Below, piece after piece: positions 37,509 through 50,931 of a stretch of 64,000 bases of DNA. Position 1 is the stretch's first letter; each line of letters opens with the position of its first letter. The notes beneath the pieces were generated by a model. It searched no databases and was not told the origin of the DNA. It saw only the letters and a program-made list of their open reading frames with translations. The DNA comes from Cyanophora paradoxa CCMP329. Its lineage: Eukaryota > Plantae > Glaucophyta. The stretch is taken from NCBI GenBank assembly GCA_004431415.1, contig QPMI01000095.1, positions 186,001-250,000 on the forward strand. The letters are read 5' to 3'. Made by a program: the position numbers and the translations under genes.

Positions 37509-38049
37509 CGGGTGCGGTACAGGGCAAATAGCTATCACTGCATAATAGCAATGTGAAAGAATTATATTACCCGAGTATTTCGATCAGCAATGAATCGCTG
37601 CGGCAGCGTGAGATTAATTTTGTCGCGCCGGGCATGCGCAGCTCACGGCAGTTGCAGGATTGAAGTTTCGCAGCAGGGCGGAGGCTCCATGGTATCGACA
37701 CTGGTGATTCGGTTTCAAAACGTTTGCGAGGTTCGACCAGAGAGACCGTCGGACCTGGGCTTGCCAGAGACCCACGCTGGCCGGGATGACCCCAGGCGCA
37801 ACTTGACGAGCGCGACGGGACGATCGGAAGCCGATGTAAAAGTCGATTGCGTCGTAGCCGTCGATAACGCGGCGGGGCGGCCCGCGCGGCGGTAAAGCCC
37901 GGCGGCGCGTCTAACTGCCACTCCGCCGTGCGGCGCGCGAGGGTGCTTCGATTGCGTCGGCGCGTCGAACGTCCACTCGGCTGCTCGAACTGCAGGCTGG
38001 CAGTACTGCCGGTCCTGGGTAGACCATTTCTTTCGACGAGCCGACGAGA

Positions 38050-38978
38050 ATGGCAGAGGGTGCGGCCGTCCGACTGCCGTCCCCTGCTCCGCGTACTCTG
38101 ACGCTCGTTGCAGAGGCGAAGCAGCCCCAGGGCAACAGTGCGTTCTCTCGCCTGATCCGCGGTGCCCGGCCCGCTGACCCGCTTCGTTGGCAGAGATTCA
38201 AGTCTCTAGCACTAAGAAGGTTCGCTCGTCGCCGCCTCGGATCGCGTCGCTGGGCTGAATGGTCGGCAGCCGCTGTACTTCTACATCAACCTCGCGAAGC
38301 GTTTCCTGCGCACCGAAGAGGAGGTCGAGCTTAGCGCACTCGGCAATGGTTCGCCGTGCTTGCCAGTAGTCCCGTCCGCGTCCTGCGCTGATTGCTGTCG
38401 GCAGCCATCTCCACTGTTGTGACCATGTCCGTCGGCGCTTCCGCCTTGCAGCATCCTTTCGACACGAGCCCGTGGATAAGCTGACATCGATCGTGACGCA
38501 GCGCCGAAATCCTCAAGGAGGGTGGCCTCATCACTGTCAGCAGTGCGCGAGAGCCCAGCGAGGCGCCGCGCGCCTGCGCTGCGCTTCTCTTGAACCCGTC
38601 GCAGAGATCAATACTAGCACCGTCGATATGACCGACCCCGCCCGGTATCGGCCTGTGCAGAAGGCCAAGATCAGCATTCTCGTGCGCAAGACCCCGGCCT
38701 TCTTCGAGCTCGTCGACAAGGAAAAGGTGCTTCTCCCCTCATCTTTGTCTCGTACGCGGCGACTGAATTCCTTATCTTCTTTTCTCTCGTCTTGCAGGCC
38801 GAGTACGACGCGAAGGTACTGCGAGATGGGCGAGCGCTTCGATCTGCGCCCCTGCTGAATTCTCCAAACAGAAAGCGGAGAAGGAGAAGGAGAAGGGCGA
38901 GAAGCCGGCGGAAGTGAAGGTGACGCTCCCCGCTCGCATGCTCGCTCTCCCCAGCTCTAATCCCGTTTCCAGGCGTGA
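38050..38978 (+). CDS. ALBA: Alba DNA/RNA-binding protein, many micro-exons
   Basis: Spliced: MAEEAKQPQGNKIQVSSTKKPLYFYINLAKRFL..VELSALGNAISTVVTIAEILK..INTSTVDM..RPVQKAKISI, matching plant short Alba proteins. Confidence 0.9.
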
Positions 38979-39137
38979 CCGTCCAGCGCGAGCATTTTTC
39001 AATGCAGAGGCATATAGGGTAGGTTGTGCTAACTAAAAGAAGAGAAACGTTCTTTTGACGGAGAGAGCGCGGGGCAAACAGCAGAGGTCGAGGAAGGGAT
39101 GTCTAGACTCTAGACTCGGGAAGAGGGCACTTCTTGG

Positions 39138-42100
39138 CTAGAAGGCGCGGGGGACGCCGAGGCCGAGCGCCTGGCCCTTCTCGCGGATTGCCTGCGCGCG
39201 CTCCCGGGCGCGGGCGAGCAGCTCGGCAGAGTCGGCGCTGATGGGCCGGGGGACCTCCTGCGGCCTCGTTGCCGCCGCGTGCCGCGGGCTTGCGGCCGGG
39301 CTGCTCTCGTTCACCGTCATCAGCGCGTGCCGGGGCGACGCCGCCGTGATCGTGCCCAGGCTCGAGCTCGCGCGGCGCGGCGACGGGGCGCCTCGCGGGG
39401 ACGGTGCGACCACGTGCACGCTCCGCGGCGAGGGCGGGATGACGCCGAGGGAGAGCCGCCGGGGCGACGACGCCGGCGCGTGGCCGTGGGGCGAGGCGGC
39501 GAGGGGTCCCGCTGGGGCGGCGTACCGCGAAGGGTCGTAGCCGCCGGAGGGCCGCGGGGAGGCTCCGTCGTAGCGGGGCGAGGCAGCGATGGAGGCGCGC
39601 CGGGCGGAGAGAGCGCCGCCGCGCGGCGACGGGCTCGGCACGGTCCCCAGCCCCGGCACCGCCACCGAGGCCCGCCGCGGCGAGACGGCGGGGCCGGCGA
39701 GGGAAGGGCGGCGGGAGGCGGGGCGGGGGAGGGGCTGGGGCGGCGGCGGAGGGGGCCCCCGAGGAGAGCTGCGGGGGCGGCTTGCGCTTGAAAGGGACGT
39801 ACTCGACGCGCAGCGCCTCCTTCCGATGCGCCACCTCGTGCAGGCCTGCGCGCCCCCTCGCCCCTGCTCCCCCGGGGGCGAGGCTCCGGCGCCGGGACGG
39901 ACCGCGCATGGAGGAGCGGGTGCCGGGGAGGGCGTCGCGGGCGCGGGCCTCGCGGGCGGCGGCGGCCTCGCTGTAGGCGCCGACCTGCTCGTGGCGGGAG
40001 TCGCTCGTGTAGGGCCCGAGGCCGGCCGCGTCGCTCCCCTGCGCGCGGTAGAACTCGTCCGCCCCCGCCAGGTCCGCCCCCGACGGCAGCGCCGGCGGCG
40101 CCCGCCCCGGCCGCCCCGCCCCGGGGCTCCGGCTCCGGGCGCCGCGGCGATCGCGCTCCGGGTGCTTCGTGCCGGGGCGCTCCGCGTGGTCGGGGGGGAA
40201 AATGTGCGCGTAATCTTGATTTACGAGGAAAGAAATGTGAGCGTACGCTTCGTGCGGCCGGCGCGTCAACACGAACCGATATCGTCCTCGAAGCCGATGT
40301 GGATGAAGCGGCGGACGTGCCCGACCTCCTGCTGCCGCCCCGCCCGGCCCCGCGAGCCCGAGCGGTGCCGGCCCAGCGGCGACTCGTGCCGCCCGCGCGA
40401 GGCGCCGCGCTGCGGGGAGGCTGCGCGGCGGCGGGAGCGGGAGCGGGAGTGGTGGCGGGAGTGGGAGCGGCGGTGGGAGCGGTGGGAGCGGGCGCTCCTC
40501 TCGGTGGTGTCGGAGGCGAGCGAGTCGTTGGAGTCGGAGTCGCTGTACCAGAAGCGCTCCGTCGCCCCCGAGGAGGCCCGCGAGCGCCCCTCCGACCCGC
40601 TGCTGCTCTCCCGCCGCCGCGACCGGCCCCGCCCCGCCCCGTCCCCGTACAGGCGGGCGCGGAGGGCCTGCGGGGAAGGGGCCGGGGTCAGGGGCCGCAG
40701 CGCCGACGGCTGGGCCGGGGGGGCGGGTGCGGTGCGGACCTCCTTCTTCTGGCGCGCCTTGTTCTCCTTGTCGATCTCGCCGAAGAGGATCTCCTCCACG
40801 CTCGCCTTCTTCTTCCGCCGCGCCGCGCGCTTCTCCTTCGCCTGCCGCCCCTGCTCCAGCAGCGCCGTCCGCGCGTCCTGGCCCCGCCCGTCACGCGCCG
40901 ACGGGGGCGGCGAGGGGCGGAGATACCTGGAGGGTCTGCCGGGTGAGCTTCGAGGCGAGGGGCAGGAGGAGGTGGCGGTGGAGGAGGGGCCGGAACGTGT
41001 GCTTCTCCTTCTCCTCCCCGGCGACGCGCGCCTCGAGCTCCTCCCGGCGCTGCGCCGCGGTGAGGGCGGCGGGGGGTGCCGGCGCGGCGGGCGCGCCTGC
41101 TGGCGCTTGTCGGAGTGCGACTGCATGCGCTTGAGGAAGGAGTCGAGCTGCGGGGCGCGTCGGTGGGGGCGGGGGCGGGGCGGGCGGGCGGGGCGGGGGG
41201 CCTTGAGGAGATCGTGGACGGCGCGGGCGCGCTTGTCGAGGCGCTGGGCGCGCAGGCGCTCCACCTGCTCCCCCGAGAGGCCCAGGTCGAAGGTCTGGAG
41301 GAAGCCGTCGAGGCGCTCGGTGTCCACCCGCGGCCACCCCATCTCCCGCTTGAAAAACTCCACCACGCGCTCCTCCAGCTGCCGGCCCCTCGCTCGCCGG
41401 CCCCGCCGAGGGGGCCCCGGGGCAGCGCGCACGTGGGCGATGTCGTAGAGGGCGCGGGCGCGCTTGGCGAGGGGCAGCATCTTGAGGCGGGAGACCTCGC
41501 GCGGGGCGAGCCCGAAGTCGGCCCCCTCGAGCGCCGCGTCCAGCAGCTCCTCCGTCACCGCCGGCAGCCGCAGCGGCGGGCCCAGCAGCCACTCCTTGAC
41601 CGCTTCCTCCACCTGGCGCCCCCGGCCCTCGCACCCCTCCACCCTGTCGCCCGCCAGCGCCCCGCGCACCTGGGCGCCCTCGGAGGAGCCGGGGGAGGCG
41701 GAGGGCCGGGCGGGGCGCGGGGAGCGGCCCCGCGACGAGGAGCGGGCGCGGGCGGGCGGGGCGTGCTTCTGCTCGAGAAGCTCGCGGCGCTGGGGCGGGG
41801 TGAGCGGTGGGGGGCGTGGGCGGGGCGGGGCGGGGCGGGGCGGGGCGTGGCGGACGCGGGCGCGGCGGCGGTGGTCGTGCTCGACGCGGCCGAGGAAGGC
41901 GCCGACGCGGAGGATGGTGGCGAGCGCCTTGACCTTCTTCGGGTGGGGGAAGGCGCGGATCTCGGCGACGTGCTCGGGGGCGAGGCCGAGGACGTTCTCC
42001 TCGAGGAAGGCGTCCAGCATGCACTCGAAGGGGTACTCCCACGCCAGCTCCCGCTGGAAGAACTCCTCTTCCCGCTCCGCCACCAGCTTGTACGCCCCCG

Positions 42101-45100
42101 CCTCCCCCTTGCCCCGCCCCGCGCCCGCCCCTTGCCCCGCCCCGTACAGCTCCCTCCCGCGGATGATTGCGGCGGTGACGCGGATGCGGCGGCCGGGGGG
42201 CATGGCGAGGAGCTCCTGGGGGGGCGTCAGGCGGGGCGGGGCGGGGTGGAGAGAGGGGGCGGGCCTGGAGGTGCGCTGGCTCGAGGTTGAGGGCGTTGCC
42301 GCGTAGGTATTCCTCCACGTCGCCGTCCCCCGCTTCCCCGATCGCCGCCCCCAGGCGCGCCCTGAGCAGCCCCGCCGCCTGCTCCTCGGCGGCCGTGAGC
42401 TTGCGGAGCAGGGGCTCCTGCTTGCGCAGCTCCCGCCGCTCCAGCCGCTCCGCCTTGTCCTGCTCCATCCGCGCCACCGCCCGATTCGCCTGCCCGCCCC
42501 TCAGCGCCCGCCCGGCGCGGAGCAGGTGGGCGGGGCGGGGGCGGGGACCATGAGCATGGCGCGGAGGGCGAACATCTTGCGCGGGTTGCGCATCTTCTTG
42601 AGGGCGTAGCGCTGCTCCGGGGTGAGGTTGAGGGGCGTCGCCGACGCGTACTCGTCCAGGTCTGCTGCCCCATCGCCCCCCGCAGCGCCCCGCCCCGCCC
42701 CTGGCGCCCCGCGCACCCCGCTCCCCGAAGCTCTTGAGGCCGCAGTTCGCGGTGAGCCAGTCCTCGCACTCCTTGGGGGTCACCTTGTTGAGCGCGCTCT
42801 CCTTGATCTTCTCGTCGAGCTCGGCGCGCTGGATCCGGTGCTTGCTCTCGGACGTCTGGATGAAGTGCTGCGCCTGCGGGCCGCTCGGCGGGGGGCGGGC
42901 GGGGCGGGCGGGGCGGGCGGGGCGGGGCGGGCCTTGGCGAGGCGGTAGAGGGCGAGGAGCTTGCGGGGGACGCCGTTGAGGGTGCTGTGGTCGGACCGGA
43001 TGCGCTCCGCCTGCTCGTGCGTGATGAAGCCGCCCTTGCCCTCGTCGTTCGGCACCTGCGCCCCGTCACGCGCGCCGGGGGGAGGGGCCGGCGGGGGGGA
43101 GGGGGGGGGGGGGGGGGGGGGGCACGAGGGAGTCGAGGAAGCGGTCGAAGCGGGGGTCGTCGGGGCCCTGCACCTCCCCGAAGTCCTCGAGCTTGCCCCG
43201 CTGCTTGCCCCGCCCCTCCAGCTTCACCTCCCGCTGGAAGTAGTCCAGGATCTGCCCCCACCTCACGCCCCGGCCCCCGCGCCCCGCGCCCCGCGCCCAG
43301 GCCCCGGGAGGCGCGCCTCGTTCTCGGTCGGCATGCGCGCCGCCGGTTTCCTCTCCCGCGCCAGCTGCTGCCTCACGTGCTGCTCCTTCAGCAGCTGCCC
43401 GCCCCTCAGCGCTCCGCCAGCGCCGCCGCGCGGCCCGGTCCGGGGCGGGGCGGGGCGGGCCTGGGCGCGGTTGACGTAGACGGCGGGGGCGGTGACGACG
43501 TCGCCAACCTTGGCGCTCTGCCAGACCTTCACCGCCCCCGCCCGCGGCACGTTGTCCAGCTCCTTGAGCACCTGCCCGGCCGTCGGCTCCCGCCGCCCCG
43601 CCCCGGCCCCGTAGCGCGCACCCGCTTGTCCTGGAGGCGCACGTCGCGGGGGTCCTGAGCGAGGGGTTTGCGGCGCGCCGGCCGCACGCCCCGCTCCCAG
43701 ATCTTCTTCTTGGCCTCGCGCTCTTTGGCCCGCCGGCGGGCCTCTGCCGGCGCCTCAGCGGGGTGGCGGCGGAGCGGGCGGGGGGGGCGGGCCGTCGGGA
43801 GGTAGATCCTCGTCGGGGACCTCGCCGTGCTCCTCCCTCGGGGCGGCCGCCGGCCTCACGGCCTTGAGCACCTCCGGCGAGAGGCGGCCGCGCTCGTGCT
43901 GCGCCGGCCTGAGCCGCGCGGGGCGGGGCGGGGAGGGGCGGGGCGGGGGCGCCTCGTCGGAGAGGGCGCGGATGCAGTCGAGGAGGTGGCGGCGGTGGGC
44001 GGCCGACGGGACCTCCAGGTCGTACTCCAGGTTCACCATCGTCGTCCCTGGCGCCGCGTCGCCCCGCGCCCCACACGCCGCCCGCCGCGGCGCACCGAGG
44101 AGCATGGCGCCGTCGACGCGCTTGGCGAGGAAGGCGGCGGCGTACTGGGGGAAGGCAACGTGGTCCACCCAGCGCGCTACCTCCTCCGGCCGCCACTGCG
44201 TCACGTCGTGGTAGTCCGCCGGCGCCGGCAGCTCCCCGTACCCCTCCTCCCCCTCGAACTCCTCGGACCCGTAGCCGTCGTCCAGCTCCAGGGCCGCCGG
44301 GCGCGCCCCCAGCAGCGTCCCCGGCGAGCGGTCGTGCGCCGGCGCCGGCCGCGGCGCCGGGTGCGCCGGCGTCCGCTCCGGCACCCCCTGCCCCCGACCC
44401 CCGCGCCGACGCCCCCGCCGACGCCGGCCCCCGCGCCGGCGCTCGTCGGCACCGGCCGCGGACCCGTCGCCCCCGCCGACGACGGGAGGGGCGGCTGCGG
44501 CGTGCCGGCAGCCGGTGCGGCCGGCTTTCCTCCGGGCCAGCCGGTTGTCCCGGCGGGCGGTCCGGGTGGCGGCGCGGCAGGGCCGCCCGACGGCCTCGCG
44601 GCGGGGCGGGGGCGGGGCCCGGGGGCGGCTTGGCGGGGGCGGCGGGGGCGGGGGACTTGGCGGGGGCGTGGTGGGCCTTCGGGGGCAGGGGGCCCGCCGC
44701 CCCCTCCTCGTCCGAGTCGCTGAAGTGGCCCGCCTTGTACCGCTCCAGGTACTTCCGGTAGTCTGCCGCCCCGTCGGCCCCCGCAGCCCCGCCCCCGCCC
44801 CGCGCCCCGCACCCGCCGAGTCCATCCCGTCGTCTTCGTCGTCGTCGAGGAAGGAGGAGCGCGCGGCGGCGGCGGACATGGCGGCGGCGGCCGTGCCGCC
44901 CCGCGTCATCGTCCCCAGCTGCACCTCGTCGTGCTCCAGCGAGTCGTCCGTCGAGTACGTCAGCGGCGCCCGCTGGCCCCCGTGCGGCCCGCTCTTCCCC
45001 GCCGGAGGCGCCGTCGTCCGCGCCCCCGCGGCGATGCGCAAGTCGAACGAGTCCTGCGAGTCGATGGGCCGCCGCTGGTAGTCCGTCGACGCGAGCGATG

Positions 45101-45566
45101 CCCGCGGGTCCGGGTTGGAGTACACCGAGCCGGAGATGCGCCCGCGCGGGTCTCCCTCGCTGTATTCGCCGCTCTCCTCGTAGTTCACGCCTTCCACGCG
45201 ATACCGCGGGCCCGGTGAGTAAAGGTAGCTGTCGGTGGAGCCTCGAGCAGCTCCGTAATCCCCAGACCCCTCCGTGTATCCGGCGCTGTAGGCTGCGCTG
45301 TCCCGAGGGTTGGCGCGCGGGTCGTAGCCGCTGTATGCCCCGCTGGTACGTGGGTTCCGCATGTCAAACGAGTCCTGCGAGTCGTACTCGCTGCCACGCG
45401 AGTCGCGCAGGGTCGTCCCGGTGGCGCGCAGCTGGGACGGGTCGAAGTCCTGGCTGTCGGTGCTGAAGCGGGTCGGATCGTTGTAGCTAGAGCGCCCCGC
45501 GCCCGCCATCATGAAGCGGTCGTCCTCGTCGTCCTCGTGGACGGGAGGAAGCGCACGTCCCGCCAT
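39138..45566 (-). CDS. Large SAM-domain protein with six internal helical repeats
   Basis: SAM: QWRPEEVARWVDHVAFPQYAAAFLAKRVDGAMLL..LEYDLEVPSAAHRRHLLDCIRAL; repeats 41100-43250; low-complexity termini. Confidence 0.7.
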
Positions 45567-45741
45567 TGCCGGCCCGACCAATTTGGCTGTGCGAGGGTCT
45601 TTCTAAGCCGACGCGGCCCCTAGTCGATGCAGACCGGCTGCGCTTCGCCGCTGCGATCCAGGCGGCCGCGGTTTTCGGCTGGCTTTCAAAACTTTTTTCT
45701 TTGGGTCCGGGGTACAGCCCTCAAGGCCAGCACAGCCGCCA

Positions 45742-47714
45742 ATGGACCGCCAGGCCTTTGCGCTCTCCGCTCCAGCGAGAGGCTCATTCTCTCCAGCGTC
45801 CTGCCCGACGGGCCTTGCCTCGGCGCAGAACACCTGCGACCGCGCGCCCCGTCGCGCGCACCGGAGCCTCGTCGCCGGAGCGTCTCTGAACGGAGCTTCT
45901 TCAAGCGAGGCGTCCCGCCGCGCGCGCTTCGTCCTGCCAAGCGAGTTCGTCGGCCGTTCGCCGGCCTCCCGCTCGGCGGGGAGCGACCAGCGTGGCGTCT
46001 CGGCGTGCCCTCCGCCTGCACCTCCTCCCACGTGTGCGGCAGTCGAGGTCTGTCGCTGGGAACGCGCAAGCCCGCTTGGCGGCCGGCTCATGATTGAGCT
46101 TACCGCAGACGCGGTCCCTTGGCGATGAGGTCCGCAAGGACTTCCCGATCCTTGATCAGGAGATCAACGGACAGCCGCTCGTATATCTCGACAACGCGGC
46201 CACCTCTCAGAAGCCGAACGCCGTCCTAGACGTCCTCCGGCGCTACTACAACGAGGTGCGGCGTCGGCCGGGGCGCGGCGTCGGGCGGGGCGCGGCGTCG
46301 GCAGCAATCCTGACTTGCGTTGTCGCAGGACAACTCGAACGTGCACCGGGGCGTGCACACGCTGAGCGCGCGGGCGACGGACGCGTACGAGGGGGCGCGC
46401 CGCATCATCGCGAACTTCATCAACGCGGAGGACCCGGCGTGCGTGATCTACACGCGCAACGCAACGGAGGCGATCAACCTCGTGGCCTACTCCTGGGGCC
46501 TCACGACCCTCAAGCCCGGCGACGAGATCGTCCTCTCCGTCCGCCCCGCCCCGCCCCGCGCCGGCCCGGGCCCGGGCGGCCTCGCTGAGCTGGCGGGCGG
46601 GGCAGGTGATGGAGCACCACTCGAACCTCATCCCCTGGCAGATCGTCGCGCAGCGCACGGGGGCGGTCATCCGGTGCGAGGGGCGGGGCGGGGGGCGGGG
46701 GGCCGTGCGGGGCCGACGGGGGCCGGCAGGTACGGGAAGCTGGCGGAGGGCGGCGTGCTGGACGTGGAGAGCGTGGAGGGCCTCATCAACGAGCGCACCA
46801 AGCTCGTCTCGCTCGCCCACGTCAGCAACGTGCTCGGCTGCTTCAACCCCGTCAAGCGCATCGGGGCCGCCGCGCGCGCCGTGGGCGCCCGCATGCTCGT
46901 CGACGCCTGCCAGAGCGTGCCCCACGTGCCCGTCGACGTCCAGGACCTCGCCTGCGACTGGCTCGTCTTCTCCTCCCACAAGGTGCCCCGCCCCGCCCTG
47001 CCCCGCCGCCCCGCCGCCCCGCCCCGGCTGACGGCGGCAGATGTGCGGGCCGACGGGGATCGGGGCGCTGTACGGGCGGCGGGAGGTGCTGGAGGCGATG
47101 CCGCCGTTCATGGGCGGGGGCGAGATGATCCAGGACGTCTCCCTCGAGCACTTCACCTGCAACACGCTGCCGCACAAGTTCGAGGCCGGCACGCCGGCGA
47201 TCGGCGAGGCGATCGGGCTGGGCGCGGCGTGCGAGTACATGAGCGGGATCGGGATGGGGCGCATCCACGAGTACGAGATGGAGCTGACGCGGTACCTGTG
47301 GAAGCGCATGGGGGAGCTCCCCTTCGAGGTGGAGCTCTACGGCCCGCACCCCGACGCCGCCGGCCCCGAGGGCCGCGCCGCCCTCTGCGCCTTCAACGTC
47401 AAGGGCGTCCACTCCAACGTCCGCCCCGCCGCCCCGCCCGCCCCGCCGCGCCCCGCCTCATGCAGCGCAGGACCTCTGCACCATCCTCGACCAGGACGGC
47501 GTCGCCATCCGCGCCGGCCACCACTGCACCCAGGCCCGCCCCGGCGCCGCGCGGGCTGAGACGGGGCTGACTCGGGTGCCGGCAGCCGCTGCACAAGGAG
47601 CTGGGGGTGTCGCACAGCGCGCGGGCGTCGCTGCACTTCTACAACACGCGGGAGGACGTGGACCGCTTCATCAAGGCCCTCGCCGACGCCGTCGACTTCT
47701 TCACCTCCGTATAG
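45742..47714 (+). CDS. sufS: Plastid-targeted cysteine desulfurase SufS
   Basis: Transit peptide MDRQAF..; [70 protein letters not shown]. Confidence 0.95.
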
Positions 47715-48843
47715 TCCGCCCCCGAGCCTCGTTTCAAACCACTCCTCGAACAGCTTCCCGCGATCCGAGCTGCTTTCTTGGCGGGGAGGGCACCGGGTGG
47801 CCTGGCCGAGGGGGAAGAGACGGGGGTAGATGAACGCGCCGAGGCCCATGCCCCGGCCACGGGCCCGGGGCCGTGGGCGCTGACCTCGTCATGGCATGAT
47901 GATAACCTCCGAAGTTCGAATTCGGTGATCAGGGCCCGCCGCGCCCCGGGCCGCTGGGCCTCGCGGCCACCCGTGGCCGCCGGGCCCGGTCTTCCCAAGT
48001 TCCAGGCTGGGGGCTCCGAGGCTTGAGGGGGGCTGGCGATGGCCAGTATACGTAGGGCCCAGCCGCGGCCGGGCACTGCGGCAGCCTTGCAGGCTTATAA
48101 AAATTAGCGGCTGATCATGAACTGTTGCAGCTGGGTCACGTGCTCACTGACTCACTGAGTCATATGCATGATCAGGGTCCGACGTCGACGGTCCCGGGTC
48201 CCACCGAGGCACGCCGTGACGTACTACGGTAAGAGGGCCTTTCGAGTTTTGAAGTTCAACGCCGTGACGTTTCTCATGATCATATGCATGATCGTAGCCT
48301 AGTATACGTAGTCTGAAGTTCACCGTGGCACCGGTTTGCTTGGCCATGGCCCAGTGGGTCCGGGGTCCGACGGTTCGCTGGGTCCGACGGTCCCTCAGGG
48401 CCTCGATCGCGAGCTCGCAGTATCATAGCACGCGGCATGCGCATCCTGCATGGTGCCCCGCCCGCGCCCGGCCCGGGAGCCCGATCCGAGATGATCTCTT
48501 TTACAGGCCTAATTATAAGGCGCGGCATGCTCCGATCGCGACTCGGCGAGCTCCGGATATCGATCCGCAAATGGCCCCAAGAATTGCCGCAGTGCGGCAG
48601 TGCAACTTGGCAAGACCGTCGCTGCATACCCGCAATAACCGTGGAACTTTGTGCTACTAGGCCATGGCCAGGCTGCGATAAAAGATCCTCTTCACGGGGT
48701 TCGACAATTCCCGGGTCGCCGCGCCCACCCGTCCTCGAGCTAAAGCGCAGCCTTCACCAAGAGGCTTTCAAGTTTAATGATCCAAGAGGCGAGGGGCTGG
48801 AATGCGGCGCAGTACCGTAGCACAGGCCCCACAGGGCGAGGGG

Positions 48844-50931
48844 TCACCCGGCGTCGCCGCCCGGGGCGGGCTTGCCTTTCCGGGCGGGGCCGGCGGCCGG
48901 GGCGGCGAGGAGCTTGGTGACGATGCCGGCGGCGACGGTCTTGGGCCCGTCGCGGAGCATGAAGCGGCCGAGGGGCCGGCAGTCGGAGTAGAGCTCGAGG
49001 CAGGTGGGGCGCTGCAGGGCGATCTCGACGGTGGCGGTCGTGTTCTTCGCGAGGCAGCGGGGCTTGCGCGGGGCCACCTCGCCCGTCGCCCGGTCCACCT
49101 GCGCGATCAGCGCCTTCAGCGTCGCCGGCACCTGCGCGCACGGCCCGTCAGGAGGCGGCGGCGGCGCGGCGGGGGCGGGGCGCGGCCGGGGGCAGGCGCG
49201 GGGCCGGGCGCAGGCGCGGGGGCGGGCCTGGACGCTCTGGAGGTGGAGGACGAGCTGCTGGCCGGGGAGGAGCGGCGCGGCGATCTGCATTGTCACCAGC
49301 TGCGCCTCGAACCGCGCGTGCGCCTGCACCGGCTTCTCCGCGTCGCACAGCACCAGCCCCGCACTGCAGCGCCCTCAACGCCCGCCCCGCCCCGCCCCGC
49401 CCGGGGGCCGGCGAGGCGCACGAGAGCTGCGAGATGTCGGCGCCCTGCAGGCCGATCTCCACGCTGTCGCCCGCCAGCGCCGACTTGGCCGTCTCGCCGC
49501 GCACGTGCAGCCCTGCGGCCCCCAGCTCGCGGGCGCGCCCCGCGCGGGGGCCGTGCGGCGCGCGCCCTTGACGTTGAAGGTCTGGCCCACGGGCGCCACG
49601 TGCACTTTCTGCCCGACGGCGATCGAGCCGGCGTCCACGCGCCCCGCCGCCGTCACCCCCAGTTGCTGCGCGGCGACTTCGGATTCGCGGCGGAGGCCGG
49701 CGGCGGGGGCGCTCGCCTGCGACTTGTAGACGTCCGTCACGCACATGCGGAAGGGCCGCTCCGTCATGCGCTCGCCCTCCTCGAAGGTGTCTGCGCCGGC
49801 CCGGCCGCTCGGGCCGCGCGGCGGGGGCCGGGGCGGCGGGGCGCACCGATGAGGTCGGCGAGGGTGGGCCCCTTGTACCAGGCGAGGAGCGGGGAGGCGG
49901 CGGGGGGCGCCTTGGCGAGGTTCTCCCCCGTGAGCCCGCTCACCGGCACCATGCGGATCTGCCGCTCCCGCGTCACGTCCCGCGCGCCGCAGCGCGGGGC
50001 GGGCGGGAGCGGCGGGGCACCTGCTTCTCCTTGAAGCCGGTCTGCTTGAGGAAGGGGACGAGCTGCGCCCCGATCCCCTCGAAGCGCTCCTGCGAGTAGC
50101 CGGCCTGCCGCGCCCGTCGGGGGCCGGCGGGGCGGGAGGGGCAGGCGGCGCGCGTTGTCCATCTTGTTGACGGCGACGACGAGCTGGGCGACGCCGAGGG
50201 AGCGGACGAGCATGCAGTGCTCCTTCGTCTGGCCCCCCGCCTCGAACCCGCTCTCGAACTCCCCCGTGGTCGCGTCCACCACCAGCACCGCCACGTCTGC
50301 CTGCACGCCCCCTCAGCCACCCGCCCCCGCGCGCCCCGCCGCCGCCGCCGCGCCGCGCGCCTGCGATGCCCCCGAGATCATGTTCGGGATGAAGTCCCTG
50401 TGCCCGGGCGCGTCCAGCAGCGTCACTTTCCGGTGCGGCGTCTCAAAGAACGTGATCCCGACGTCGATCGTCACGCCCCTGCCGGTGCGCCCCGCGTCAG
50501 CTAGCAGCTAGCCACCAGAGCGCGGCCTCCGCCGCCACGGACCTTGCGCGCTCCTCCGCGTGCTCGTCCAGCACCCACGCATAGCGGAACGACTCTTTGC
50601 CCATCTGCTTCGCCTCCTTCTCGTACTTGTGCATCGTCTTCTGGCTCACCACGCCCAGATCGTACAGCAGGTGGCCCATCAGCGTGGACTTCCCTGCGGC
50701 GCGGCGGGGTTCGGCGGCTATGATCGGCAGCATCGAGCGCGCGCTTCTGCACCGGAGTCGACGTGCCCTGCGCGGCAGATGCCGGCGATCAGCGCCGGAG
50801 CGCGAGCGCAGAGCAGCTTGCAGGGCGGGATTGGCGTGGCGAGGGCGCTCACCGATGACGACCATGCTGATGTTTTTCTTCTCGCCCTCAATCGACAGGT
50901 TCGACATGGCTTGCTCAGCCGCGTTTGCCAT
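48844..50931 (-). CDS. HBS1: HBS1-like translational GTPase
   Basis: [91 protein letters not shown]; start codon uncertain. Confidence 0.88.
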
